Shown: positions 27,800 through 36,212 of the stretch, in pieces
How positions within the stretch are numbered: position 1 is the first letter of the stretch
How the letters are laid out: each line of letters starts with the position of its first letter
Source of the DNA: Gemmatimonadales bacterium
GTDB taxonomy: Bacteria; Gemmatimonadota; Gemmatimonadetes; Gemmatimonadales; GWC2-71-9
Assembly: GCA_037189525.1 (NCBI GenBank)
Contig: JBBCJC010000001.1
Coordinates: 416,001 to 480,000, forward strand
Length of the DNA: 64,000 nt
Direction of reading: 5' to 3'
Position numbers and translations under genes: made by a program
The notes under the pieces: model-generated
What the model was told of the DNA's origin: nothing
Database searches by the model: none
Seen by the model: only the letters and a program-made list of their open reading frames with translations

Positions 27800-28138
27800 C
27801 CAGCGCCGTGCCACCCTGCGGAGGCCTATCTCATTGCAAATCAACCACCTATGGATGGCCAGAAAGAGGTAGCGAGCGATGAGAGGCAGCCGAAACGGGG
27901 GGAACTCAGTCCTATAGCCCCGTCACCAGCACCCTGCTCACCGCTCGCCGATTCACCGCTGACCGTGAAGAAAGCAATTCACGAGCCAAAGTCGTCCCAC
28001 CAGGCCCTGCCCTCCGACCGCCCCTGTAAATCTTTACGACACAAAGAGATACGACGAAGCGTCCCGCCCCTGGCAACGGGATCGCCTGTCGTACCGGGTC
28101 TCGGGCTGGTGCACCCAGCCGTCAAATCTGGCACCTGG

Positions 28139-29221
28139 CTAGTTGTCGAGCAGCAACGCAAACGACTTGGTGGCCTCGATCCGGTCGCACGCCACTTTGA
28201 TCAGCACCGTCATCGGCACCGCCAGAATCGCCCCCGGAACTCCCCACACCCAACTCCAGAAGAGGAACCCCACGAACAGCGCGACCGGATTGAGCGGCAG
28301 CTTGGCTCCCAACAGCATCGGGGTCAGCAGATTCCCCTCGAGCATGTTGATCAACGCAAATCCGCCGACCGCGAGCAACGGTTGCTGGAGGGTGTCGAAC
28401 GACACCAGCGCCGCCAGACCGATCACGACGATGGTGATCACCGCGCCAAGATAGGGAATGAAGTTGAGGATACCGGCCAGAACGCCCCACAGAGCAGCAT
28501 TCGGCATTCCGATCACGAGCAACAGCAACCAGGTGACCACGCCAACCACCAGCGACACGACCGTATTGAGTAGGAGATAGCGCGACATCTGGACTTCGAT
28601 TTCCTGCAAGGCGCCCTCGACCTTGGCCCGCTCGACCCGCTTGGGCAACAGATCGGCCAGCTTGCCGCGGAACAGCGGCGCATACGCCAGCAGGAAGTAG
28701 GTCAGAAAGACCACGCTCAACCCCGCGCCCACCATGCTCGCGGTGGTACCGGAGAGCCGCTGCACCATCCCCGGCTTCTGCACGGCTACCGTCTGCGTCG
28801 CGCTCCCTCCCGTAACGGCTTCGACTTTCTGCGCAGCCCGTTCCAGCCGCTGAATCGGACGGATGAGATTGCGCACCTTGCGTTCGACCCGGGACAGCGT
28901 TTCCGGCGCCCGGGCAACCCAGGCGGCCGCCGGCGAAGCAAGCAGGACGACGCCCGCCAGCGTGACCGTAGTGAAACCGAAGACCGCGATCGCCGCGGCA
29001 ATGGCCGGACGGATCCGGAACCGGCAGAGCCCGCGCACCATCGGCGCAAAGAGCTGGCTCAACAGCCAGGCCACCGCAATCGGCACCAGGAGCGGCGCCG
29101 CCAGCTTGAGAGCGCCGACGGCCAGCACGATGAACGTGCCGACGAGCGCCACGATCGCGATCTGCAACTGCCCTGCCCGCGCCCCGCGAATGGGGGGACC
29201 ACCCGACGCACTGGGACTCAA
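28139..29221 (-). CDS. AI-2E family transporter
   Basis: Multi-TM; LNFIPYLG, EGNLLTP, WG..GAILAVP; TTG start after AGGAGG. Confidence 0.92.
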   Translation of the reverse strand: MSPSASGGPPIRGARAGQLQIAIVALVGTFIVLAVGALKLAAPLLVPIAVAWLLSQLFAPMVRGLCRFRIRPAIAAAIAVFGFTTVTLAGVVLLASPAAAWVARAPETLSRVERKVRNLIRPIQRLERAAQKVEAVTGGSATQTVAVQKPGMVQRLSGTTASMVGAGLSVVFLTYFLLAYAPLFRGKLADLLPKRVERAKVEGALQEIEVQMSRYLLLNTVVSLVVGVVTWLLLLVIGMPNAALWGVLAGILNFIPYLGAVITIVVIGLAALVSFDTLQQPLLAVGGFALINMLEGNLLTPMLLGAKLPLNPVALFVGFLFWSWVWGVPGAILAVPMTVLIKVACDRIEATKSFALLLDN

Positions 29222-29390
29222 CGGCGCCTCCTGGTTGGATGAGGACTCCTGACCACGAGGACGAACGAACCTGCCCCGGCCGGCACGCTCAGCCCGGAAA
29301 CTGCGTTCAAAGCTGCACCGTCTGCGTCATTTGGGTTACTGCCACCAATCCGAACGTCCCCAGCTTCGAAGCAACCTTTCAGGGGGTCGT

Positions 29391-29855
29391 ATGAGTGGTA
29401 CTTCGGGTATCTACGCCGTCACACTGTGGACAGCCGGCCGGTTGCCGAGCCTGGTCAGCTTCAATGGACGAAGCGTCGCCGTGAGCCTTCTGGGCCGGTT
29501 GGTCCTCGAACGCTGGGGCCAACTTGCCTCGGCCTTCCGGGAGCTCACGATCGACGAGTTCGCCATCCTTCCCGATCGCTTCCGCGCCGTGGTGCATTGC
29601 CGGAGTTCCGCCGACCTCGAGCTGGGTCTGGCCTGGTTCAGAGCCGCGGTTGCGCAGGAAGCGCGTCTCGCCAGGCTGTCGCTGAGCGGGGTGGTCTGGG
29701 AATCGGGAGGTGACGTCATCGCCGTCGAAAGTGCCGACGAACTGATGAGTTGGCGCCGGAGGATTCGGGCGGGCCGCGCCCTGGGACTGTCGGGGTCGCT
29801 TCCTGCCGGGCAGCCGAGCGTACCCAAAGCTGCGGCGGGCGTGGCAGGCGCCTGA
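29391..29855 (+). CDS. RAYT/IS200-like Y1 (HUH) transposase-fold protein lacking catalytic residues
   Basis: G.Y.VT..T..R, GR.V...W..L...F, DEFAILPDRFR, WF.A, VW, .ES.DEL...R.RI follow the RAYT pattern in order. Confidence 0.65.
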   Translation: MSGTSGIYAVTLWTAGRLPSLVSFNGRSVAVSLLGRLVLERWGQLASAFRELTIDEFAILPDRFRAVVHCRSSADLELGLAWFRAAVAQEARLARLSLSGVVWESGGDVIAVESADELMSWRRRIRAGRALGLSGSLPAGQPSVPKAAAGVAGA

Positions 29856-29861
29856 CCCGAG

Positions 29862-30776
29862 TCAGTCCGGGAAAGGAACCTCGACGGTCATTCCGTCGCG
29901 CGCGATCCCGACAGACGGAAAGATGGCGCTCGCTTCGGCCAGCAGTTCGGGGGCATCGCGATTGTAGCGGGCGCTGATGTGGGTGAGCACCAGGCGGCGA
30001 ACTCCGGCATCGCGCGCAAGCAGCGCAGCTTCCCGCGCGGTCGAATGGCCGGTCTCGACGGCGCGGGCACGTTCGTCCTCGCCGAAGGTCGCTTCGTGCA
30101 CCAGCAGGTCGGCGCCGCGCGACACCTCGCGAACCCCGGCACAGGGCCGAGTGTCGCCGCTGTAGACCACGGTCCGCCCCGGGCGGGTCGGCCCGACGAT
30201 CGCTTCGGGGGTTACGACTCGGCCATCCGGCAGGGTGACCGCTTTGCCGCGATGGATCTGTCCCCAGAGCGGACCCTCCGGCACGCCGAGCTGGCGCGCT
30301 ACCTCCGGATCGAAACGACCCAGCCGGTCCTTCTCGACCAGTGCGTAGCCGACGGTGTCGGTGCGGTGCTCGGTCGGAAAGACCACCATGTCGTACTCGG
30401 CCCGTTTGAGCCGGTCGCCCGGTTTGACCTCGATGATTTCGACGGGGAATTTCGTCCGTTCGATCCCGACGGACAGAGCATGCTCGAGGATCCGCCGGGC
30501 CGGCCGAGGACCGTAGAGCGTCACCCCTTCACGGCGATCCATCAGCCCCATGGTGCGGAAGAGGCCGATCACACCGAGCATGTGATCCGAATGGTAGTGC
30601 GAAAAGAAGATCTCGGTGAAGGTGAACCCCACACCGTACCGCATCATCTGCCGCTGGGTGCCTTCGCCGCAGTCGAAAAGAAGCGTCTCACCTTCGCGCG
30701 CGAGGGCAATACTGGTGACGTTGCGGTCGACCGTGGGACAGGCGGCGCCGGTACCGAGAAAGGTGAGGGCAAGCAT
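29862..30776 (-). CDS. rnz: ribonuclease Z
   Basis: FLGTGA..P, DCGEGTQ, SHYHSDH, GP-rich flexible arm, SGDT, HEATF, THIS.RY. Confidence 0.96.
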   Translation of the reverse strand: MLALTFLGTGAACPTVDRNVTSIALAREGETLLFDCGEGTQRQMMRYGVGFTFTEIFFSHYHSDHMLGVIGLFRTMGLMDRREGVTLYGPRPARRILEHALSVGIERTKFPVEIIEVKPGDRLKRAEYDMVVFPTEHRTDTVGYALVEKDRLGRFDPEVARQLGVPEGPLWGQIHRGKAVTLPDGRVVTPEAIVGPTRPGRTVVYSGDTRPCAGVREVSRGADLLVHEATFGEDERARAVETGHSTAREAALLARDAGVRRLVLTHISARYNRDAPELLAEASAIFPSVGIARDGMTVEVPFPD

Positions 30777-30813
30777 GGCGCAAAACTAACAGCCCGCGCC
30801 CCCACGCGCCGGA

Positions 30814-31701
30814 TCAGAACGCCTTGATCTGAATGGTGATCTTGCCCGGGTTCTTCTTGATCTCGTTGACCAGTTCCTCGAGCGCCACGGACACACGGCG
30901 CAGGTCATGATACAACAGCGTATCGTTGACCAGCTTGCCCATGGTCCCGTCGCCCCGGTTGATCTTCTGGAGCAGCGTGTCGAGCCGGGCGCTGGTGGCG
31001 GTAAAACCGCTGCTGGTCAGCGCCAGGTTGGTCATGAGCGTGTCGCTCTTTCGGAGCGTGGTGGCCAGTTCCACCTGTGCCAGCGTGGTATCCAGCCGCG
31101 CCGAGAGCTGCTGCAGCGAGCTCATGGTCGCCGTCAACTCAGCAGCCGGACCGGTACGGGTGTTGGAGAATACCGAAGCCAGCCGCTGCATTGCCTCGAG
31201 CGTGGCATTGAGGTTGTCGGCCAGACGCCGGTTGGCAATCTCATTGATGCCGCCCAAGGCTTCCCTGGCCGAGGCACCGAGCTCGCTACCCATGTCCATC
31301 AGGCCAACGGCAACCGAGCCCTGAATCACTTGCCCCGCAGGCAGCGGCTCGGCCGCACGCCCCGGATTGAAGTTGATCACCGCGTCCGCCACCAGCCCGA
31401 CCGTCGCCAGCTCAGCAGTCGCGTCGGTCTTGGGCTGGACCTGCGGAGAAAGCGAAAGGGTGATGATGACATCGCCCACGCCCCGAAACTCGATCTCTTC
31501 CACCGACCCCAGATTGACGCCCGAAACGCGTACCGCCGATCCGCGCTTCAGGGTTCCGACATCCGCAAAGGAAACCCGGACCGCCGAATGGCCGCGGCCG
31601 AAGCTCTTGCCCTGGAGCCACATGGTCCCGGCGAGAAAAAGTCCGATGCCGACGAGGACCAGCACGCCGACGGTGACTTCCTGCTTGCGATGAAGATCCA
31701 T
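30814..31701 (-). CDS. mlaD: MlaD/MCE family protein
   Basis: N-terminal TM, L..GS.V.VSGV.LG.V, coiled coil, GTMGKLVND..LY. Confidence 0.9.
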   Translation of the reverse strand: MDLHRKQEVTVGVLVLVGIGLFLAGTMWLQGKSFGRGHSAVRVSFADVGTLKRGSAVRVSGVNLGSVEEIEFRGVGDVIITLSLSPQVQPKTDATAELATVGLVADAVINFNPGRAAEPLPAGQVIQGSVAVGLMDMGSELGASAREALGGINEIANRRLADNLNATLEAMQRLASVFSNTRTGPAAELTATMSSLQQLSARLDTTLAQVELATTLRKSDTLMTNLALTSSGFTATSARLDTLLQKINRGDGTMGKLVNDTLLYHDLRRVSVALEELVNEIKKNPGKITIQIKAF

Positions 31702-31710
31702 ATGATCCGC

Positions 31711-32460
31711 CTAACCAGCGTCTTGGGTTTCGAAATCGCGTTCCAGAAAGGCGCGCACTTTCTCGTTCTCGGACTCCCGAAACTCGTCGGGGGTCCCTTG
31801 AAGGAGGATTCGCCCGTCACTCAACAACGCAATCCGATCGGCAACACGAAACGCGCCGCGAACGTCGTGGGTCACCATCACACTGGTCACACCCAGGTCA
31901 TCGGAGAGCCGTTTGACCAGCTTGTCGATCACGTCGGAATTGACCGGATCGAGACCGGACGTCGGTTCGTCGTACAGCAGGTACTTGGGCGCTCCCGCAA
32001 TGGCCCGCGCAATCCCGACCCGCTTCCGCATTCCTCCCGATAGCTGCGCCGGGAATTTGAGCAGCGTCTCGGGCGCCAGATTCACCAAGCGAAGACATTC
32101 GGCCACCCGCTGCCGGCAGTACTCGAGATCGCGGAACTGCTCGCCGTTGACGATCCCGAGCCGGATGTTCTCGAACACGTTCATCGAGTCGAACAGGGCG
32201 CCGTTCTGGAAGACGTACCCTATCGACGTGCGCAGCTGGGCCAGCTCGTCCCGCTTGAGGAGGGCGACATTCTTGCCGTCCACCAGCACGGCGCCCTCAT
32301 CGGGATGGATCAACCCGTTGATGTGCTTGAGCAGCACGCTCTTGCCGGTACCCGAAGGACCCAGCAAAGCTACCGTTTCGCCGTCGTTGACGGTGAAGTC
32401 GACACCGGCGAGCACCACCTGCTCACCGAAGCGTTTCTTGACGCCGCGCAGTTCGATCAT
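31711..32460 (-). CDS. mlaF: MlaF-type ABC ATP-binding protein
   Basis: GPSGTGKS, FQNGALFDS, LSGGMRKR, YDEPTSGLDP. Confidence 0.92.
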   Translation of the reverse strand: MIELRGVKKRFGEQVVLAGVDFTVNDGETVALLGPSGTGKSVLLKHINGLIHPDEGAVLVDGKNVALLKRDELAQLRTSIGYVFQNGALFDSMNVFENIRLGIVNGEQFRDLEYCRQRVAECLRLVNLAPETLLKFPAQLSGGMRKRVGIARAIAGAPKYLLYDEPTSGLDPVNSDVIDKLVKRLSDDLGVTSVMVTHDVRGAFRVADRIALLSDGRILLQGTPDEFRESENEKVRAFLERDFETQDAG

Positions 32461-33246
32461 CTAGTTGAGCAGCACCCGAGCAAGCACCACGTTGAGCAGC
32501 AGGATCACGACGGAGCTGGTGACGACCGCTGCCGTGGTTGCCTGACCGACGCCCTGCGCCCCCTGCTTGGCATTGAAGCCCATGTAGCAGGAGATCAACG
32601 CGATGGCGCCGCCGAAGAAGAAGGCCTTGATGACGGAGTAGTACCCGTCGAATGCCCGGTAGTAGTACTGCGCACCGTACGCGAAGTCCTCGTTGGTCAT
32701 CGGCAGGACTTGCTTGACGCCGTACCAGCCGGCCACCACCGCAATCACGTCGGCAACGATGACGAGGATCGGGACCATGATGAAGCCCGCCAGCACCTTC
32801 GGAATGATCAGGTGCGAAGCGGGCGACCGGCCGAGGCTTTCGAGCGCATCGATCTGCTCGGTCACCCGCATCGACCCGAGCTCAGCCGCATAACTGGCTC
32901 CGATCCGTCCGGCCAAAACCAGGCCGACCAGAACCGGTCCCAGTTCGAGGACGACGGTCGAGACGATCAGGGTGCCAAGCACGTAGATGGGCAGGCTGGT
33001 CTGCCACTGGTAGCCCGACTGAAAAGCGGTCACTGCCCCGGCAAAAGCGGCAATGACGACGACGATGGGGAGGCTGCCGCCACCAATGGTGGCTGCTTCC
33101 GAGATAGTTCGGGGGAGCCATCCGCGCCAATCGCGGAAACCGCGAATGATTTCAAGGCACATCAGGCTGAAGCGGCCGAAATGGGCCAATGCCCCGAGCA
33201 CTACCCTACCGATGAGACGTGGAACACCGAGCACGGCATTGGCCAT
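32461..33246 (-). CDS. mlaE: MlaE-type ABC permease
   Basis: ELGPVL, AGRIG, AELGSMRVTEQIDAL, GA.GVG.ATT.AVV; start placed at ATG 33246. Confidence 0.92.
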   Translation of the reverse strand: MANAVLGVPRLIGRVVLGALAHFGRFSLMCLEIIRGFRDWRGWLPRTISEAATIGGGSLPIVVVIAAFAGAVTAFQSGYQWQTSLPIYVLGTLIVSTVVLELGPVLVGLVLAGRIGASYAAELGSMRVTEQIDALESLGRSPASHLIIPKVLAGFIMVPILVIVADVIAVVAGWYGVKQVLPMTNEDFAYGAQYYYRAFDGYYSVIKAFFFGGAIALISCYMGFNAKQGAQGVGQATTAAVVTSSVVILLLNVVLARVLLN

Positions 33247-33265
33247 GTCTGTATCTTGCCCCCCC

Positions 33266-33979
33266 ATGCCGTCGAAGTCCACCCTCGCCAGCTTCAGGCG
33301 CCGGATCGTCAAATGGTTCCGAAAACACGGCCGAGACCTGCCATGGCGGCAGACGCGCGACCCGTATCGGATCCTGGTTTCGGAATTCATGCTCCAACAG
33401 ACCCAGGTCAGCCGGGTCGAGGGGTACTACGCGCGGTTTCTCGAGCAGTATCCCGATCTGAAGACGCTCGCGGCGGCCAATCCTGGCACGGTTCGGGAAA
33501 GCTGGCAGGGGCTCGGGTACTATCGCCGGGCGGAGAATCTGCACCGGTTGGCGCAGGTCGTCGTCGATGAGCTGGACGGCGCCATTCCGCAGGAAATCGA
33601 GGCGCTGCAGGCGTTACCTGGGGTGGGACGGTATACGGCAGGCGCCGTGGCCACTTTCGCCTTCGAAGCCGCCGAGCCCTGCGTCGACACCAACGTGGCC
33701 AGGGTGGTTCGGCGGGCCTTCCATCCCCGGGCGGGAAAGAGCGCCCGGGATCAGGAAAAGCTCTGGCAGACGGCCCGGGCCCTGGTTCCCTCGCCCGGCG
33801 CAGCCGCGTGGGCCTTCAATCAGGGCATCATGGAACTCGGTGCCACGATCTGCACCGCGCGGAAGGCGCTCTGCCCGACCTGCCCCGTGCGCACCGACTG
33901 CTCGACCGGCAAGCGGCTGGCCCGCTCAGCGCCAACCCATCACGCCCGACGCAAGGGCAAGCAGGCCAAGCGCGCCTGA
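33266..33979 (+). CDS. mutY: A/G-specific adenine glycosylase, short form without C-terminal MutT-like domain
   Basis: RDLPWR, VSEFMLQQT, WQGLGYY, LPGVGRYTA, DTNV, C-x6-C-x2-C-x5-C. Confidence 0.92.
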   Translation: MPSKSTLASFRRRIVKWFRKHGRDLPWRQTRDPYRILVSEFMLQQTQVSRVEGYYARFLEQYPDLKTLAAANPGTVRESWQGLGYYRRAENLHRLAQVVVDELDGAIPQEIEALQALPGVGRYTAGAVATFAFEAAEPCVDTNVARVVRRAFHPRAGKSARDQEKLWQTARALVPSPGAAAWAFNQGIMELGATICTARKALCPTCPVRTDCSTGKRLARSAPTHHARRKGKQAKRA

Positions 33980-34384
33980 AATCATCCCGAGACGCGCCTG
34001 CTTCTTGCGCAGGTGATCGAACTGCGCAGCATGCGTCATCGGATCGAGTCGGGCCAGCCGGCTGGCATTCGGTACCAGAATGATCAGAGTGATCAGCGCA
34101 GCGGCCAATCCCGCAACCTGCATAGTCATCAGCTGGTGCGTGATGGCCGCCATGGCGCCCGGACTGCCGTACATGGTGAGCGTCAGCACCAATCCCGACA
34201 CCACCACCGCGAGGCTGCCCGGGAAGACGGCCGAGTTGTAGATCGTCCGCAGCAGGCGAGCCACGGTACCGAGTTGTTCACGGGCCTCTCGGCGGCCGGC
34301 AATACTCACCGCCATGGCGCCGACGGCGCCGCCGAGCCAGAGGACCATGCCCAGGAGATGAACGAAAACCCAGAAACGAATCAT
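33926..34384 (-). CDS. four-TM membrane protein (DUF2269/CopD-like)
   Basis: FVHLLG..LWLGG and four hydrophobic helices; ATGA overlap with the upstream gene. Confidence 0.75.
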   Translation of the reverse strand: MIRFWVFVHLLGMVLWLGGAVGAMAVSIAGRREAREQLGTVARLLRTIYNSAVFPGSLAVVVSGLVLTLTMYGSPGAMAAITHQLMTMQVAGLAAALITLIILVPNASRLARLDPMTHAAQFDHLRKKQARLGMISGALGLLALASGVMGWR

Positions 34385-34806
34385 GGGACAATTTCACTGA
34401 AGAGGGACGGGTCGATCTCCTGCCGGCCGGCAAAACCGGAATCGACCTCGTGCCAGTTGGAAATCCGTTCCTCACCAAGCCGCCAGCAGAGGAACACGAG
34501 ACGGTCTTCACGCAAAGCGTAGAAGTCGACCAGGCCTTCGTCGATACCTTTGAATACGCAGCCGATCTCCTCGAGTTCGAGGAGCAATCCATTGACGCGG
34601 TCGGCCGCGACCGTCACGGCATCCCGCGCGGCCGTGAGTTCCGCCGTTTCGCCGGTATCGGCCCGGGACCCGGCAGCCAGCAGTTCATAGTCCCCCATGG
34701 CCTGCCGCCAGATGTCATACTCCGCCTGGAGATCGATGAGAATACGGCGGACCAACGGCAGGGTCCGCTCCGCTTCTTCCAGGCTGAAAATTCGCACTTC
34801 GGCCAT
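34381..34806 (-). CDS. DUF2203 family protein
   Basis: FSLEEA..TLP, KGIDEGLVDF, LCWRLGE, WH....GF.GR. Confidence 0.9.
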   Translation of the reverse strand: MAEVRIFSLEEAERTLPLVRRILIDLQAEYDIWRQAMGDYELLAAGSRADTGETAELTAARDAVTVAADRVNGLLLELEEIGCVFKGIDEGLVDFYALREDRLVFLCWRLGEERISNWHEVDSGFAGRQEIDPSLFSEIVP

Positions 34807-34887
34807 GGCACCCCCATCGCTACAGTCAGAAACCCGCCGTCGGGCGACCCCGCGCCCGGAGAACATCGGCCCGCAACCAGGGTTCGG

Positions 34888-35712
34888 TCAAGCGCCGAAG
34901 TCGAGGGCCGCTCGAGCGGCTGCGCGGCCAGCCTCGAGATAGGCATCGACCTGGTCGACGGCGAAGGTCTCGCCGCGATGCACCCGGGGCCGGATGTAGG
35001 TCAGCGGCGGCCGGCCCGGGGTCGCCCGCCAGAGTTCGACCTGGAGCACCGTGTTACTGGCCATCAGGACGAATTGAGTATCACTGTGAGCCCGGACCAG
35101 TGCCGGCGGTGGCCGCTCCCGCGACGGCTCCGAGTCGAAGCCGGGCCCGACGTCGATTGCGATGACCCGATCGGCCGGGAAGCGCGCCGCAACGTCGAGC
35201 GGCACCACCGCGCGCAGCCCGCCATCCGCCAGGCGCCGGCCCAGGAGCTGTACCGGAGGATAGAATACGGGCAGTGCGCACGAAGCGAACAGCGCGTCGG
35301 CCAGCGGCACCTCCTCCCCGCCGTCGCCAAAAACGATCAGTTCGCCGGTATCGAGATCGGCCGCCGTGACCGAAAGCGGCGTGCGCAGCTGGTCGAACCT
35401 GGTGACCGGCAACAGCGAGCCCAGCGTATCGCGGAGCCGCGGGCCTTTAAACAGCGAGGGCGCAAAGAGTCCCCGAATGAACGCGGTCCGGTCGAGCGCC
35501 GCCACCGCGGCCCGATCGACCGTACGCAGTCGCGCCGTGACATCCGCCAGCGGCATTCCCGACGCCAGGCCGGCCCCGATAACGGCTCCCATCGAGGTTC
35601 CGATGATCCGCGTCGGAGCAAACCCGGCCTGCTCCAGGACCTCGAGCGCACCAAGCTGGGCCGCGGTCTTGGCGCCGCCGCCGGACAGCACCAGGGTCAC
35701 CGGCGCTCCCAT
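34888..35712 (-). CDS. patatin-like phospholipase
   Basis: LSGGGAK, GTSMG, DGG. Confidence 0.9.
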   Translation of the reverse strand: MGAPVTLVLSGGGAKTAAQLGALEVLEQAGFAPTRIIGTSMGAVIGAGLASGMPLADVTARLRTVDRAAVAALDRTAFIRGLFAPSLFKGPRLRDTLGSLLPVTRFDQLRTPLSVTAADLDTGELIVFGDGGEEVPLADALFASCALPVFYPPVQLLGRRLADGGLRAVVPLDVAARFPADRVIAIDVGPGFDSEPSRERPPPALVRAHSDTQFVLMASNTVLQVELWRATPGRPPLTYIRPRVHRGETFAVDQVDAYLEAGRAAARAALDFGA

Positions 35713-36173
35713 CAGCCTTTGCGCACCTGGTAGCGAGCCTCGGCCGACGCATACCGCTCGCGCTCGGCATCGGTACCGGGCACCAGGCGAGGCACCCGGC
35801 GCGGCTTCCGGTCGACGTCGATCGCGACGAAGACGAGATGCGCCGTATGGGTCCGCTGGCGCGCGCCCGTCGCGATGTGCTCGGAGGTGACTTCGACGGT
35901 GATGTACATCGAGCTGTTGCCGACGTAGTCGACCTCGGCCGTGCACGTCACCAGCGCACCAACCGGAATGGCATGATGGAAGTCGAGCCGGTCGATCGAC
36001 TTGGTAACCGCGGGGCCGCCGGCATGGCGCATCGCCGCCACGGCCGCGGCTTGATCGACCAGCGCCATCAGGTCGCCGCCGAAGAGATCACCGAGGACGT
36101 TCTGCATGTGCGGCATCACGAACGTGGTGATTTCACCGCGGGAAAACGACATCGGACGGGAATCGGGCGTCAT
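35712..36173 (-). CDS. acyl-CoA thioesterase (hotdog, YciA-like)
   Basis: N.LG.LFGG.LM..VD, VGNSSM, VFVAID. Confidence 0.92.
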   Translation of the reverse strand: MTPDSRPMSFSRGEITTFVMPHMQNVLGDLFGGDLMALVDQAAAVAAMRHAGGPAVTKSIDRLDFHHAIPVGALVTCTAEVDYVGNSSMYITVEVTSEHIATGARQRTHTAHLVFVAIDVDRKPRRVPRLVPGTDAERERYASAEARYQVRKG

Positions 36174-36212
36174 AGGCTCGAGATTAGACAGGAGAGACCG
36201 CGCGGAGCGGGG

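Noticed and set aside
29391..29855. Active IS200/IS605 element
   Set aside because: HUH and catalytic Tyr are missing; no tnpB or terminal hairpins were seen.
33926..33979. 54-bp convergent overlap of mutY and the membrane protein
   Set aside because: It involves only a low-complexity basic tail of MutY; such overlaps are common in GC-rich genomes.
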